Source: Podospora anserina (Eukaryota). From it: a DNA stretch of 64,000 bases. Positions 38,875 to 49,975 of this stretch are shown one piece after another (the stretch's first letter is position 1; each line of letters begins with the position of its first letter). The DNA is taken from NCBI GenBank assembly GCA_017654855.1, contig CM030337.1, positions 1,302,001 to 1,366,000 of the forward strand, given 5' to 3'. Both the position numbers and the translations under genes were made by a program. Under the pieces are notes generated by a model. The model was given only the letters and a program-made list of their open reading frames with translations, did not search any database and had not been told where the DNA came from.

Positions 38875-40678
38875 ATGGATGGATTAACGAACAACACACC
38901 TCTGTCTGCCTCGTCTATGAGCCGAAGCACACAGGAACACCATCATTCGCCAGCTCCAACTCCCGGATCCAGTGTCGACCCTCCTCGGCCGCCAAAAGAT
39001 GGGTATGAGTAGGTCTGGTACCCAGAGGGATACTGGGCGGAGAGGCCGTTCAGTCAATCAGCGACACCGCCTAACGGCAAAGGATCGCCTGATCTCAAGA
39101 TATGGAGACGAAGGAGGCGATCCAGACCGAGCGGCAGCGGCGGCCAAGACAGCGAATCACACACAGCTTCGCCCAAAACCTACCCTCCTGTGCCGCCGAT
39201 TCCCCTACAGACTGCACAAAGCCCCTATCTTTCGGAATGGGCTCATGTCTACTCTCTCCAAAAGCCACACGAATCATCAAGTAATACTATCGAGCAAGAG
39301 GGGGAGTGGCTTGCCCCAAAAGGTCGAGGTTTCTTTCCAAGTCTACCGACGATAGTACCAGCGGCCGAAGTCAAACCTGAACCAGGCCTGGTTCGTTCGC
39401 ACAACTCGTTCGCCTCACTTAGCTGGAACCGACTGAGCAACTCATTGAGAGGCTCACGAGACGTAGGTTATAATTACGGATGGCTGATTTTGGTGTAGTT
39501 GGTGGCTGATTGAGGATTTACACAAACAGAAGAAGCGAAGCGAATCCTCGGAACAAGCCCCTGTCGACGATGGCAAGTTTGATGCAGTCAAGAAGTATCT
39601 CGATCGCCTGCCCGAGGCGGAGAAGCCGGTCCCAGAACAGAAGACCGATGTCGAACCGAACACCAAGGGCCGTCGTGTGCGCTTTGGAAGAGTGCTGTGG
39701 CATCGCCGGAGGTCGACCCGAGCAACGGACAACTCAAACCCGAGCTTGTCAGATGTGGACCGCAAAGAACGACCCAGTATGTGACAAGCACCTTGGTAGA
39801 TGAACTGACATGAAAGCTCCATCTTCTGACATATCCTGTAGGCGGTCCGGCGATATGGTTGACACAGTTTCCAGGCGGAGTAAGAGCCATCCGTCTTTTC
39901 CATACATCCGAACTCAGAAACGCTAAAATTCTCTATAGGAGGCAACTCGTGTCCATACTCCGCCCTACAAAGAAGACACAGTCGACGGACGACCGCGTAG
40001 TCTCTTCTTTGACGTAGCTCGGCCAAACAGTCGACACGATCAAACTCCATCCGAAACATCCTCTACGCGAGAGAAAGTCGGTATCCGAACCTCCCGGTCG
40101 TCCCCATTGAATGTGAAGAGCCGTGGCAGAAGATCGCAACAGAGAAGTTCGGCCAGCGGCGCATCGGGAAGAGGTCTTGGCGGCAGTATCTCGCCGTACA
40201 GAGTTCCATCGCCCCGTAAGGCGAAAGAGGATAGCTCCCCAAGTCGGAGCAAAAGCGGACCTGCAAAAACAAGAGAAAAGACCAGATCTCCCCTTGCCAC
40301 CACCCCAAAAGAAAGCGTCAAAGAGTGGTGGGACGCACCTTTGAGAACGCCAGACACCCCACCTTCTACACCGACACCCCGAACCCGGGTCACGAGAGCA
40401 ACCACGGGGACAGCGGCGATGTTCAAGTTTGATGTGCCGGAGCACTTGCCCAGCAGTCCCATGTGCCCTGCCAATCCCAAGAATCCCAAGTCATTGGGGA
40501 AGGGGGTCTGCGTGGTAAGTTTTGAATCACGGGAAAGGGGATCGAGTGCTGACCAAGGGAATAGTATCATGGGAGACGACGGAGTTCACGTTTTGGGTTG
40601 GCGGGGTCGGATTCTTTGCTTTCTCCGAAGGTTGAGAGGGAGGAGGCGGCTTATGATGATGGGAGTAATTCTATGTAA
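38875..40678 (+). CDS. Uncharacterised fungal protein with one in-frame TAG (39010-39012); candidate A-to-I editing-dependent gene
   Basis: ATG 38875 is in frame with the TAG at codon 46, and the same frame stays open to 39462. Canonical introns 39463-39529, 39777-39841, 39880-39938 and 40515-40565 give WLTQFPGG|EATRVHTPP..EDTVDGRPRSLFFD and PEHLPSSPMCPANP...GVCV|YHGR. Stop TAA 40676-40678. A further upstream exon is possible (branch/acceptor at 38834-38848). Confidence 0.78.
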
Positions 40679-41332
40679 TGCTTGATTGACCACACGTGGG
40701 AATGTTTAAAGAATATTCTGTAGTTCAGTTTCATGGAGCAGCTCCGTTTTTGGATGGCTTTGCTTTAGTGATTACTTTACCCCTACGCGCAGTTGTTCCA
40801 GAGATGCGCATGATTGCCATTGCTGTGTAATTTTTGTTGAACGTTTCATAGTATGGCAGAAACTACAGACAATAGAAAATATCCTGTATTCCGCTTATTC
40901 TACTTTGAGCTTTTGTATTTCTCGGTTGCTCGTCACTAACGAGACTGTTGTTGACTTTTGGGACGGGATTCAGGGGCTGGGAGGAAGGGGCAACCAAATG
41001 TGGGGCCTTTCTTGGTCTCTCGAGCTTGGTCAAAGCTCCTCAAGAACAGACTTTCGATGGCTAAAAGTGGGTCGGAATCTGTCGCGCGGCACGCATCTCT
41101 GACCTCTGTCGCGCATCTTAAACTTCAGCCTCGTCGCCAAACTTACCTACCACCGTGGAGCTCTCTCTTCCTCCCATCTCGATAATTCTTTTTCCGACGT
41201 CGCGCGACACACTTGATCTGAGGAGGTTTTTTTTTATCGATTTTATTCCCGCCGCCGAACCCACGTCGTATCAATTGACTGCTCGATAAATCTTGGAAAC
41301 AAACGAAGGTCGACCAACCACGATTCGCGAAG

Positions 41333-42641
41333 ATGGCCTCCCCGATGACCGATCCCCTTTTGCTGTTTCGGCAATCCATCCGGACGTCGTCACGGATTGT
41401 TCCTGTCGCCTCGGCCGAGTCGAACGACGAGGTTGCGCTGTCGCAGGCGACAAATCTGGTGTTTAGTGATGAGGGGAAGAGGGTGGTGTTTCCGGTGGAT
41501 GTGCAGAGCAGGTTCATGAGCTCGGAGGGGAACTTGATTGACCTGCGGTCGATTTATTTTGCGTGGGTGAATAGGGATATCACGATTCCGGAGTATAATG
41601 CTGCGGCGGAGAAGCTGAATGAGGAGTTGGCTGGGGGGAAGGGGGTGCACAAGTTTCCGTTTGTGGAGAGGTTGAATCTGATTGCGTGGTTGGAGGGGGC
41701 GGGGGAGGATACGGAGTATATCAAGCCGCTTGTTGGGGGGGATGCGGGGAAGGGGGAGGAGGGGGGGAAGGTGGAGAAGGTTGGGGATGATGGGGGGGTG
41801 AAGAAGGAGAGGAGGGGCAAGGGGACGTTGGATCCGAGACTGGTGCAGATTTATGAGGGTGAGAGGAGGATGGGGGATCGGAACAGTGTGTTGAGGGGGA
41901 TAAAGCCTACGGTGGGTGGTTCTAAGGATGGTGCTTTTTGGGAGTGGAATGCTAATATTTTCTGGGGGGTAGGACTTTTCGCATATTCGCAAGCTGGCTG
42001 CGCAGTTCATGACTAGGAAGCCGACTGGTGGGAGTGGTGATATTCGGTCTAGCACCAACATCAGCAATAACCCTTCGCTTGCGCTCAATCAGAAACCGGC
42101 TAGGCGCCCGGATCCGATTATCCTCTTGTCTCCGTCGGCTTCTTCGTTGCTCAGGATGTCGAACGCGAAGGCTTTCCTCGAGGGAGGGAGGTATACGCCT
42201 CCTGACCATAGCACACCCCCAACGATGCTTGCTGTGTCACGTATCATCAAGGACATGGACCCCAACCGACCAATTAGGTTCATTCTTGTGGAGGGTCCGG
42301 AGAACTTCAGGCCGGAGTACTGGAACCGAGTGGTGGCTGTTTTTACCACGGGCCAGACCTGGCAGTTCAAGAGTTACAAGTGGACGAACCCTGTGGAGCT
42401 GTTCAAGCATGTACAGGGTGTGTATCTGGGGTGGAGAGGGGAGCAGCCTCCTGAGAGCGTGAGGGCGTTTGGGCATAAGGTGCTCGCGTGTTCGGTTGAA
42501 AAGTGGAGGGATCCGGGTCAGCCGGGGGCGGAGCAGAGCCGGTGGAGGGATCGGGAGGTGGTGGAGAGTATTTGGAAGGCGATTGAGACGAATATGAGGG
42601 CTAAGGGATGGAGGAAGGATGCGGCGCCTACTAGCATTTAG
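41333..42641 (+). CDS. CDC73: Paf1 complex subunit Cdc73
   Basis: DPLLLFRQSI, DLRSIYFAW, DRNSVLRGIKPT|DFSHIRK (intron 41912-41972), PIILLSPSASSLL, YWNRVVAVFTTGQTWQFKSYKW. Confidence 0.95.
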
Positions 42642-44575
42642 GGATGCTGAGGCCAGTGGTACTGTTTTGGGTGGAGGGTACAGAGCGAGCAAGTTTGGTG
42701 GTGGGTCAAGGGAAAATGGACGAGAGAAAAACGGAAGCAGATTGCAATTGCGTATATGTACAGATATCGCTTGCTCAAGACATAGTATGGCGTTCAGGAA
42801 GGGCATTCGGTTATCTTCTTTTTGTTGGGGGGAGTTTCTAGGACTGAAATGGGATGTTCTTCTAAGGGCTCATGAAAATGTGTAGCTATAGAGACAAGGG
42901 CCATGATAATTTTTGAGGAGTGGAATTGCATCTGATGCTTCTGTATTTAGGAGACATCAGACATCGGTTCGCAAGCCTGGTGTTTGATCAATCCCATACC
43001 AGAGTATTTGTCTTGCAACAGTGGACGCCGCGGCAATAGTACAACGTACGATTGTCTAACCTTTACGCCGTTATTCCAGGTCGAAAGTTCTTCGACGAGA
43101 GGGATGCCGTGAAAAGCTCGTGGCCGTGTACAGGGCGGTTTAATAACTTGGGCAAACTCGGAAAAAAGGAGCGGGTGTGACGTTGGACGAGGCCAATATC
43201 GCAGTTCGGGGTATCATGTTTGCAGAGTTCAGCCGCATTACGCGTGGCCTGATGTGATTTGCATGCTCCGGAAATGGGACGAAGGAGAAGATGGAGTGGA
43301 ACGATAAAGTTAGTTCGATAGAAGTTCAGGACATATTGGAGTTCTCTGTGTTTGGCACGAGTAAGTTGTTGTTACTTGATTGTTTTACCTTATGAGAGAG
43401 GAGAGGAAAAGAAAATTGACAGAGGCGTGTGGTGTGCAGACATGCCGACTGTCAGGGGCAAGCATACCACAACCAGGAGGACGCTAAGCTGCAGGATGGG
43501 AATGGGTTTTTCAATGATAGGATTACCTCTTGGTCTTGTGAATATGCTCAGGAGGCAGGAGCGTAGAAATAGGATGTTCTCTTTGGTGGGTGATAGAGTT
43601 TGATAGCTTAGCTAAGGTATTGTTTTTTTGTATAAAAAAAAGGAATAAAAAAAAGAAACCAGTGAAACCGTGATGAATTCTAGCACAGGTACCTACCTGG
43701 AAACAAGAAACCAAAAGTGGTGATATAGTAACTGAGTCAAGAAGGATGTCTCAGAATAAATTGCTCTTGGGGATATCATGTCCAGTTTTGTGGCTGACAT
43801 TCAACGGGTACACCCGCCAGGTGGGTGGTGTAATGGTCAGAGGCGTTTGCCTCAAAACCATGCTCAGAGAAACTACCAATTGCACCAAACGGTTCGGTTG
43901 GGTCAGGATCGATGGCACCTGCACCGGGACATTACGCTCCACTGGGTAGGATTCACGGGTTTGACTCCAGCAGGAGCAGAACTTAGTCTTTTAACATTTT
44001 TTTCTAAGCTAGGTAGGCAGCTTTCTTGCACCAATTGCCTGCTTTTACAAATTGTTTGGCCTACCTATCTACGTCATATTCACTCGCTTCAAGTCCCTTG
44101 GTGTGCTTGCTACGTACCTACATACTTATCTGTCGACTTTTTGAGAATCTACAGCTGGAATGAGAGTGGGCCAGATTTCAGTTTCGCCAAAATCAACTTA
44201 TCGCAGCAAACGCTGAAAACAACGACTCCCTTTCGACACATCCATTTTGGAGTATCATATAAAACTTTTCAGGAGGCTTGTCTGACAGTTGAGAGGTGTG
44301 TTTTCTTACCACAACGTACCGCTATCGACCTCATGCAACAACTCGACTGGACCACTTTCAAGAACAACGTTGCTGTCAACGCAAATAGCAGTCACCACGA
44401 AAGCTCCAAAGAGGATGTTTTGTGGTAGCAAGTCTCCACGAAAAAGGAGCCATCAATTAGTGTGGATGACTATCTAGGTAGGTAGGTGAGGCACCTTAGT
44501 AGGGAGCAAAGCCCCATTAAGCTGAGGCATATGATAACCGAGCCCAGCCCAGCCATCCCTCGTGGCACCAGCGCT

Positions 44576-45432
44576 TCAGCAACCACCGACATCCACGGCG
44601 ACATGCCACTTCTCATCAGTACGCTCTATCTGTCCCACAACCAAGTCGTCGTTTGGGTCGTCGATACCCCTGTCTACATCGAAGTTGCTAGCACAAATAT
44701 TTCTTACTCCCTTTGACATGAGTAATGCCAGCCTGGAAAACATCAGAGTCGTCAAAAAACTCCCCAGGTAACTTAACTTTGTTGCACCGATTCACGATAT
44801 AACTTGCGCCGGAGGCGATTTCCAGCCAGGAAACCTCTTTCTCGAACTTGTTCTGTAGGTTTCCTTAGGATCAGTAACAGCACACAGCATAGGACCAGAG
44901 GGATGATACATACGTTATTGCACAGTAGATGGCAGAATAGTATGAGCAGCTAACACGGCCACAGTTTTCGGGTCCTGGGCCATTCTTCGCTGTGCCACTA
45001 ACCCCCAAAAGGTACCGGATCCCTTCACGGATGCGAGCGGTATCGGCGGAGAAAGGGGGGAAGTTGGGATTTGTGCAGTTGGCCGGGTCGAAGTTGATGC
45101 GCAAGGGCTTGGAATCGGCCTTTACGCCGAAGGGGGCAGAGTGGGCGGCATGATGGGCGGCAGACTGGGCCAGGAGGCCGGCGTTCCAGCCGGAGTAATC
45201 GTTCTCCATCTTGGCGACGGCCTGCTCGATGGTGCCGGTGAAGCTGACGGTAGCGCTGCTCTTATTAGCAGGGTTGATGGGGAGATTCCAGGTAACATCG
45301 GGAATGTTGTCCGGGAGAGTATAACCCTGGGCAATCTGTCTCGCATGTTAATAATGCTTCAAAGAAAGAGCTGAGATGTCATACCCCGAAGAAAGCCAGG
45401 GCGTTGGCCACGAGAGTGATGATGGAAATCAT
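44576..45432 (-). pseudogene. Small secreted Cys-rich protein paralog A (disrupted)
   Basis: Signal peptide MISIITLVANALAFFG|IAQG; core GTIEQAVAKME...GIRYL...NGPGPENCGRVSCSY. A 1-nt deletion in the Trp codon (TAC TG TGC AAT AAC, 44923-44924), and the third intron donor reads TTAAGT instead of GTAAGT (44776). C-terminus GQ...WHVAVDVGGC*. Confidence 0.75.
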
Positions 45433-46131
45433 CTTGTGATAGTATGTTGATTGCCTCTGGGCTTGGTGAAGAGAGGGGAAGACTGGGATTCTGGTAGAGA
45501 TGAGTTGTATAGAAGAAGAAAAAGGAGAACTCAGCGAGGGAGAAGGCGAGATATATATACTACTTACTGTAGCTCACAGGGTGGATATTGGAGCACATGA
45601 GCTGTTTGTATTCACTTGTTGGCAAACCGAAGAGGGTTGCTCTCAAATGGTAGGCAATGGCTCCCTGCTCCTGCTCACCTATAAGGGTCCGTTGGTTATC
45701 GGACGATGCGGTAAGAGCAGCAACACAGATGTGTTTGTTGAGCTCGGTATAGATGGGATGGTACCCAGGTAGGAGCATAAGGTCTGCCAAGAGTTAATCC
45801 GGATCGGGTGAGTTCGGTATAGGTGAGTTGGTATCCAAGTAGGAGCAGAGTGCTAAGAAAAGCCGGTGAATCTGGAGCAGTAAGATACCGCCCCTCTGTT
45901 CGACAACGGAATCATCTGCTACGGGCGTAGGGACAGAGAGCGACCACCTCTCAAGCATATGACAAAAGTTGAGATAAAATCGGGGACATGACAAAGTTTT
46001 AGCACCTTTGGTAATATCTTTCTCGAGAAAAGGCATCAACTTGTGTTAATATCTATCTAATGTGGAAGCACCCAGAGATCCCAGAATCACAGACGAGCTC
46101 AGCCAAAGCCATGCCTCATTGTACCAAGCCC

Positions 46132-46885
46132 TTAGCACCAATCTCCGCGAACGACGACATACCAGCCGTCGTCAAAATTAGCATGTCCCTTGACGGTCAT
46201 ATCTCCCTCTACAAAGGTTTTTTCAGCACAGATACGCCCACTGTCCTTAAGAGGAGTGATAGACTTGCGCTTGCTGCATTGGTCAACAACATACTGTGCG
46301 GCACCAGCGATCTGAGTCCACTGGAGCTCCTTGTAGAAATTGTTCTGCAGAGTTTCTGAGGTTAGGCAACCGAAAAGCACACGCGTACGAGAAAACATAC
46401 GTTATTACACCAAATGATGGCAGAGTTCCACGAGCAGCTAACGCGGCCGCAGTTCTCAGGCCCTGGACCATTGCCGGCCGTGCCAGAAAGACGGGACAGA
46501 TACATGACACCGATCCCAATCTGGGTCCTCTTAGCATTGCCGTCCCCGGGGACGTTACAGTCGTGTTTGATGGGAATGCCGGCCTTGTCACCGGCCGGAC
46601 TGGAGATGGGGTCCTGGGCCATGAAGGTCTCGTTCCAGCCCGGATAGTCGTTTTCCATCTTGGCAACAGCTTGCTAGATAGTGCCGGTAATGGTTAAGGT
46701 AGCGCTGCTATCGTCGGCGGGATTGATGGGCAGGTTCCAGGTAACATTGTGGACATCTTCAGCGACGGAGACGTGGACAAGCTGTCTTTTGGTTAGTAAT
46801 GTCTTACTAAATGCCTAAAGAACTGAAGAGGTATTACTCTGAAGAGAGCCAGAGCGCTGGTAGCGAAGGTGATGAGGGAAATCAT
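46132..46885 (-). pseudogene. Small secreted Cys-rich protein paralog B (in-frame TAG)
   Basis: MISLITFATSALALFR|LVHVS...GTI*QAVAKMENDYPGWN, with TAG at 46674-46676 where A and C have Glu. The rest is intact: NGPGPENCGRVSCSWNSAIIWCNN ... WYVVVRGDWC*. Confidence 0.75.
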
Positions 46886-47710
46886 CTTGTAAACCGTGAG
46901 GTGTCAGGTTGTCTGTGAAACTTTTATTGTTTTTGGTGAAAATGGGAACCTCAGTCCAGAACGTCGAAGATGCATACTGCTACCTGAAGCCCACCAAGGA
47001 TCTGGCTGGAGCACCCGATGATGGCCTCTGCCCACTGCCAACTTTCTGGTAGGTATAGTATCCATTATCTGCCAGCTCTCGAAGAAAGTCTCCACCTAAC
47101 GCCACATGTGTAGGGCTCGTGATCCCTTCTGTTCAAATGATGACGTGCAACTTGCTCGTTGAGGCTGATATCTTGTTGAATCAAAAAGCAGGAGCATGCT
47201 GAGTGGCGGAAACCTGTTTTGTGTTCTTGATAAGCAAACTCCACGGTATACAGGTAAGAGTCGGTGTGCCTCCTGCGGACTTTGACCAACATCTCAAAAC
47301 ACTAACCTCGTTCCCAAACCAAGGCTATCAAACTCTCGTCTGTGAGCTGTGTATCTTAGATACCTTGGTCATGATCTGCGGGAGGACATGGGTTGCCCCA
47401 AGGGCTCGTGTCGCAATATTCTGACTTATGGCGCTGAGTAATGTCTAATCGGGTCGTACTTGCCTTACCGGCAGTAACTTTGGGTGCTTCCACCTTCTTC
47501 CCAAGCGCCTTCCTTCCTGCCTTAGGTCTTGATAACAACTGTGAATTCACAAGGAAGGTACGAGACGGTTCTGGACTTCCTTCGCTTTGGTTTCAATACA
47601 TGTTCAACAACATGGTTATCACTCCGCAAAGTCAGAGAAACCCAGTCCCATGAAGAACAATTTATTAGCTCTCCCCCAATATCTAGATGCTCTTCACAAT
47701 ACCTTAACAC

Positions 47711-48459
47711 TCAGCAATGCTCTTTGCGGACGATGACTCCCCACTTATCATCGTGTTCGACATGCCGTCTGATCACGTTGACATTGACTAAAACCCACGT
47801 TAGTCGAATCCGCTTCTTACCCCAGCCAAAGTCGGTAACAACACAGAGAACTTACCGTCAAACCAGCATTTATAGGTGATATCACGGGCAGCATCGGCAA
47901 TGTCATTCCACTCAAGCTCCTTCTCAACGTCATCCTACACCTCACATGTCAGAAACCAGCCAAACGAAACCCTTCCATAGGAACCCACCTTGTTGCACCA
48001 GATAATGGTGGAATTCCACGAGCAGCTCACACGGCCGCAGTTGTCGGGCCCAGCTCCGTCTTCGCCGTGCCAGGAACTTTACGGAGGTATTGAATCCCGT
48101 CCCTGATGGCGCCTCTGTTAGCCCAGCCTTCATGGTCAGGACGGCAGTTGAAGGTGCCATTTTGAAGAGGCTCCTCATCATCTCTATCTCCATCAGAGGG
48201 GTGAGGGTCCCTCGCCATGAAGGTAGCGTTCCACCCGGGATAGTCGGTATCCATTTTGGCAACGGCATTTTCGATGGTGCCGGTGATGGTTACGGTGGCG
48301 CTGTTGGGGTCGTTAAGGTTAATGGGGAGGGTCCAGGTGAAATCGGGGGTGGAGGCGTGGGCGACCTGATTGCCATGTTAGCATGTTTTTGATAGAATGA
48401 AGCGTACATACTCCAAGGAGCGCCAGGGCGCTGGCGGCGAGGGTGTTGAAGGAGAGCAT
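47711..48459 (-). pseudogene. Small secreted Cys-rich protein paralog C (frameshift)
   Basis: MLSFNTLAASALALLG|VAHAS...GTIENAVAKMDTDYPGWN...GIQYL. A 1-nt deletion at 48058-48059 (AAG AC GGA GCT GGG CCC GAC AAC TGC) interrupts KNGAGPDNCGRVSCSWNSTIIWCN. Last exon ends KWGVIVRKEHC*. Confidence 0.75.
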
Positions 48460-48944
48460 CTCGTGATATAAAGGTTGCTGCTGAGGATCACGAGAAAGGG
48501 CTTGAGACATCACACGCCCGGATTATACATCTATGGATGGAGCCCACCATGGTTTTCGCAGTGATACTTGCCGCTTGCTCCTGATTGTCGGGGGATTTGA
48601 GGCTCTATACTGCTCTCAAGCGAAGATGGAACTTTACTCACGGCCGCCAGCCAAGGCTTCATCCAAATTGAAAGTCCAGAGACCGGGACCACACTGGAAA
48701 CCAGCCCCAGAGCGGCGGAAACCTCCTTCTTTGTTTTGATAGAGCAACTTGTGTCTTGATCAGTATGTCTGTGGGGGTTGAGCCCCTCTTATTCACCGAG
48801 CTCTTTCTGGCACAATCACTTCTTAACAATCCCATCCCCAACACTCTACATTTTGTGGATCACCATTCCCGTCTCTCCAGCCGACGCATCATCAGCCAAC
48901 CCCTTCAACGACCTTTTCTCACTCCTCTCCCATTCCATCATCCT

Positions 48945-48952
48945 TATATAAA
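48945..48952 (+). promoter_or_regulatory. TATA element about 30 bp upstream of the 5S rRNA gene
   Basis: TATATAAA at -31 to -24, the position known for dispersed Neurospora 5S genes. Confidence 0.65.
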
Positions 48953-48975
48953 TCCCCTTTTCCTATTTTACTGTC

Positions 48976-49094
48976 ACATACGACCATATCCAGCTGAGAA
49001 CTCGGGATCCCGTCCGCTCTCCCCTAGATAAGCAGCTGAGAGCCAAACTAGTACTCAGGTGGGTGACCACTGGGGAATCCTCGGTGTTGTATGT
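48976..49094 (+). rRNA. Dispersed 5S rRNA gene
   Basis: ACATACGACC...CTCGGGATCCCGTCCGCTCTCCC.TAGATAAGC...CTAGTA...GGTGAC...GAATCC..GGTGTTGTATGT, 119 nt. Terminal helix ACATACGAC/GTTGTATGT, followed by a T-run Pol III terminator. Confidence 0.96.
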
Positions 49095-49606
49095 TTTTGC
49101 CTACTTTTTGGACTCCACTTGACTCCATCACTGAGTCGTGGCATACACCCCCAAGCCTCAGCCAATCCAGCTTAGAAGGGAGATAGTGGATGGTTTGAGC
49201 CACTGCCATGGTGACTGCTACGTTTGGTTGGTGGTCAGAGAGTTATGTTTTGCCTGAAAGTTGGTCTAGGAAGGTGATTTAGCTGGGCTGGATGTAGGAG
49301 AGACTGAGACTTGATCCGAAACGAATGTGCATCAGGAGGCTCGTAGATGTCAAGGCTATGTTACTTTAACATATTGAGCTTGTATCTGCTGGTTGATTGC
49401 ATTTGTAGATCTGCTTAGAACACATCATAGCTGGGAACAAATCCCTCCAGTTTCTCAGCTCTCACAGAGAGCTAAAGCAAACGTACGTCAGCCTTCAACA
49501 TCCACTCACATCCTGATTTGACAACACTCCCAGCACCTCATGCCCTATCAACATCAAACCAAAAAGCATTATTCATGACATTATTCTTCGATAAATGACA
49601 CCTCTC

Positions 49607-49975
49607 CTAGTGAGAAGGCAGGTTCCTACCGCCGTGCGGCGCGCTATGATGAGGCTCCCGATCCTTCCCACCACTCCGGCTGTACTTCTGTCCAATATCC
49701 TCCGGCAGCTGACCGCCCCCAGCACTGGTAACCTCCCCAAGATATGTGCTACCAAGAGCGTTATCCGAGATCCCCGAACCAAGACTGTCAGGCTTGTTCT
49801 CTCCAGCGTTGGATGGGACAACGTTGGGCTTTGCGGCGTCCTTTGGGACTGGAGAGTTTCCATGTTAGTAGTCATTGGTTTGAAACACGAAAGAGAGGGT
49901 GGTTAACAAACCCTTTGTGCCGGTGGCGGCCATATCGGAGAGGTTACCTCCCTGGGGATGAGGGTCAGATGGCAT
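49607..49975 (-). CDS. Small hydrophilic Gly/Ser/Pro-rich protein (about 101 aa, 2 exons), absent from the ORF track
   Basis: MPSDPHPQGGNLSDMAATGTK|VPKDAAKPNVVPSN...GEVTSAGGGQLPEDIGQK...NLPSH*. Intron 49849-49911 with GTTTGT donor, ACTAAC branch and CAG acceptor. Confidence 0.72.

Noticed and set aside
39003-39099. Intron removing the TAG using the CTAAC at 39071
   Set aside because: Donors 39003/39009 with acceptors 39082/39099 give 80, 74, 97 or 91 nt, all frame-breaking. The in-frame option ending at 39053 has no branch consensus and deletes the Trp-rich motif. RNA data are still needed to exclude it.
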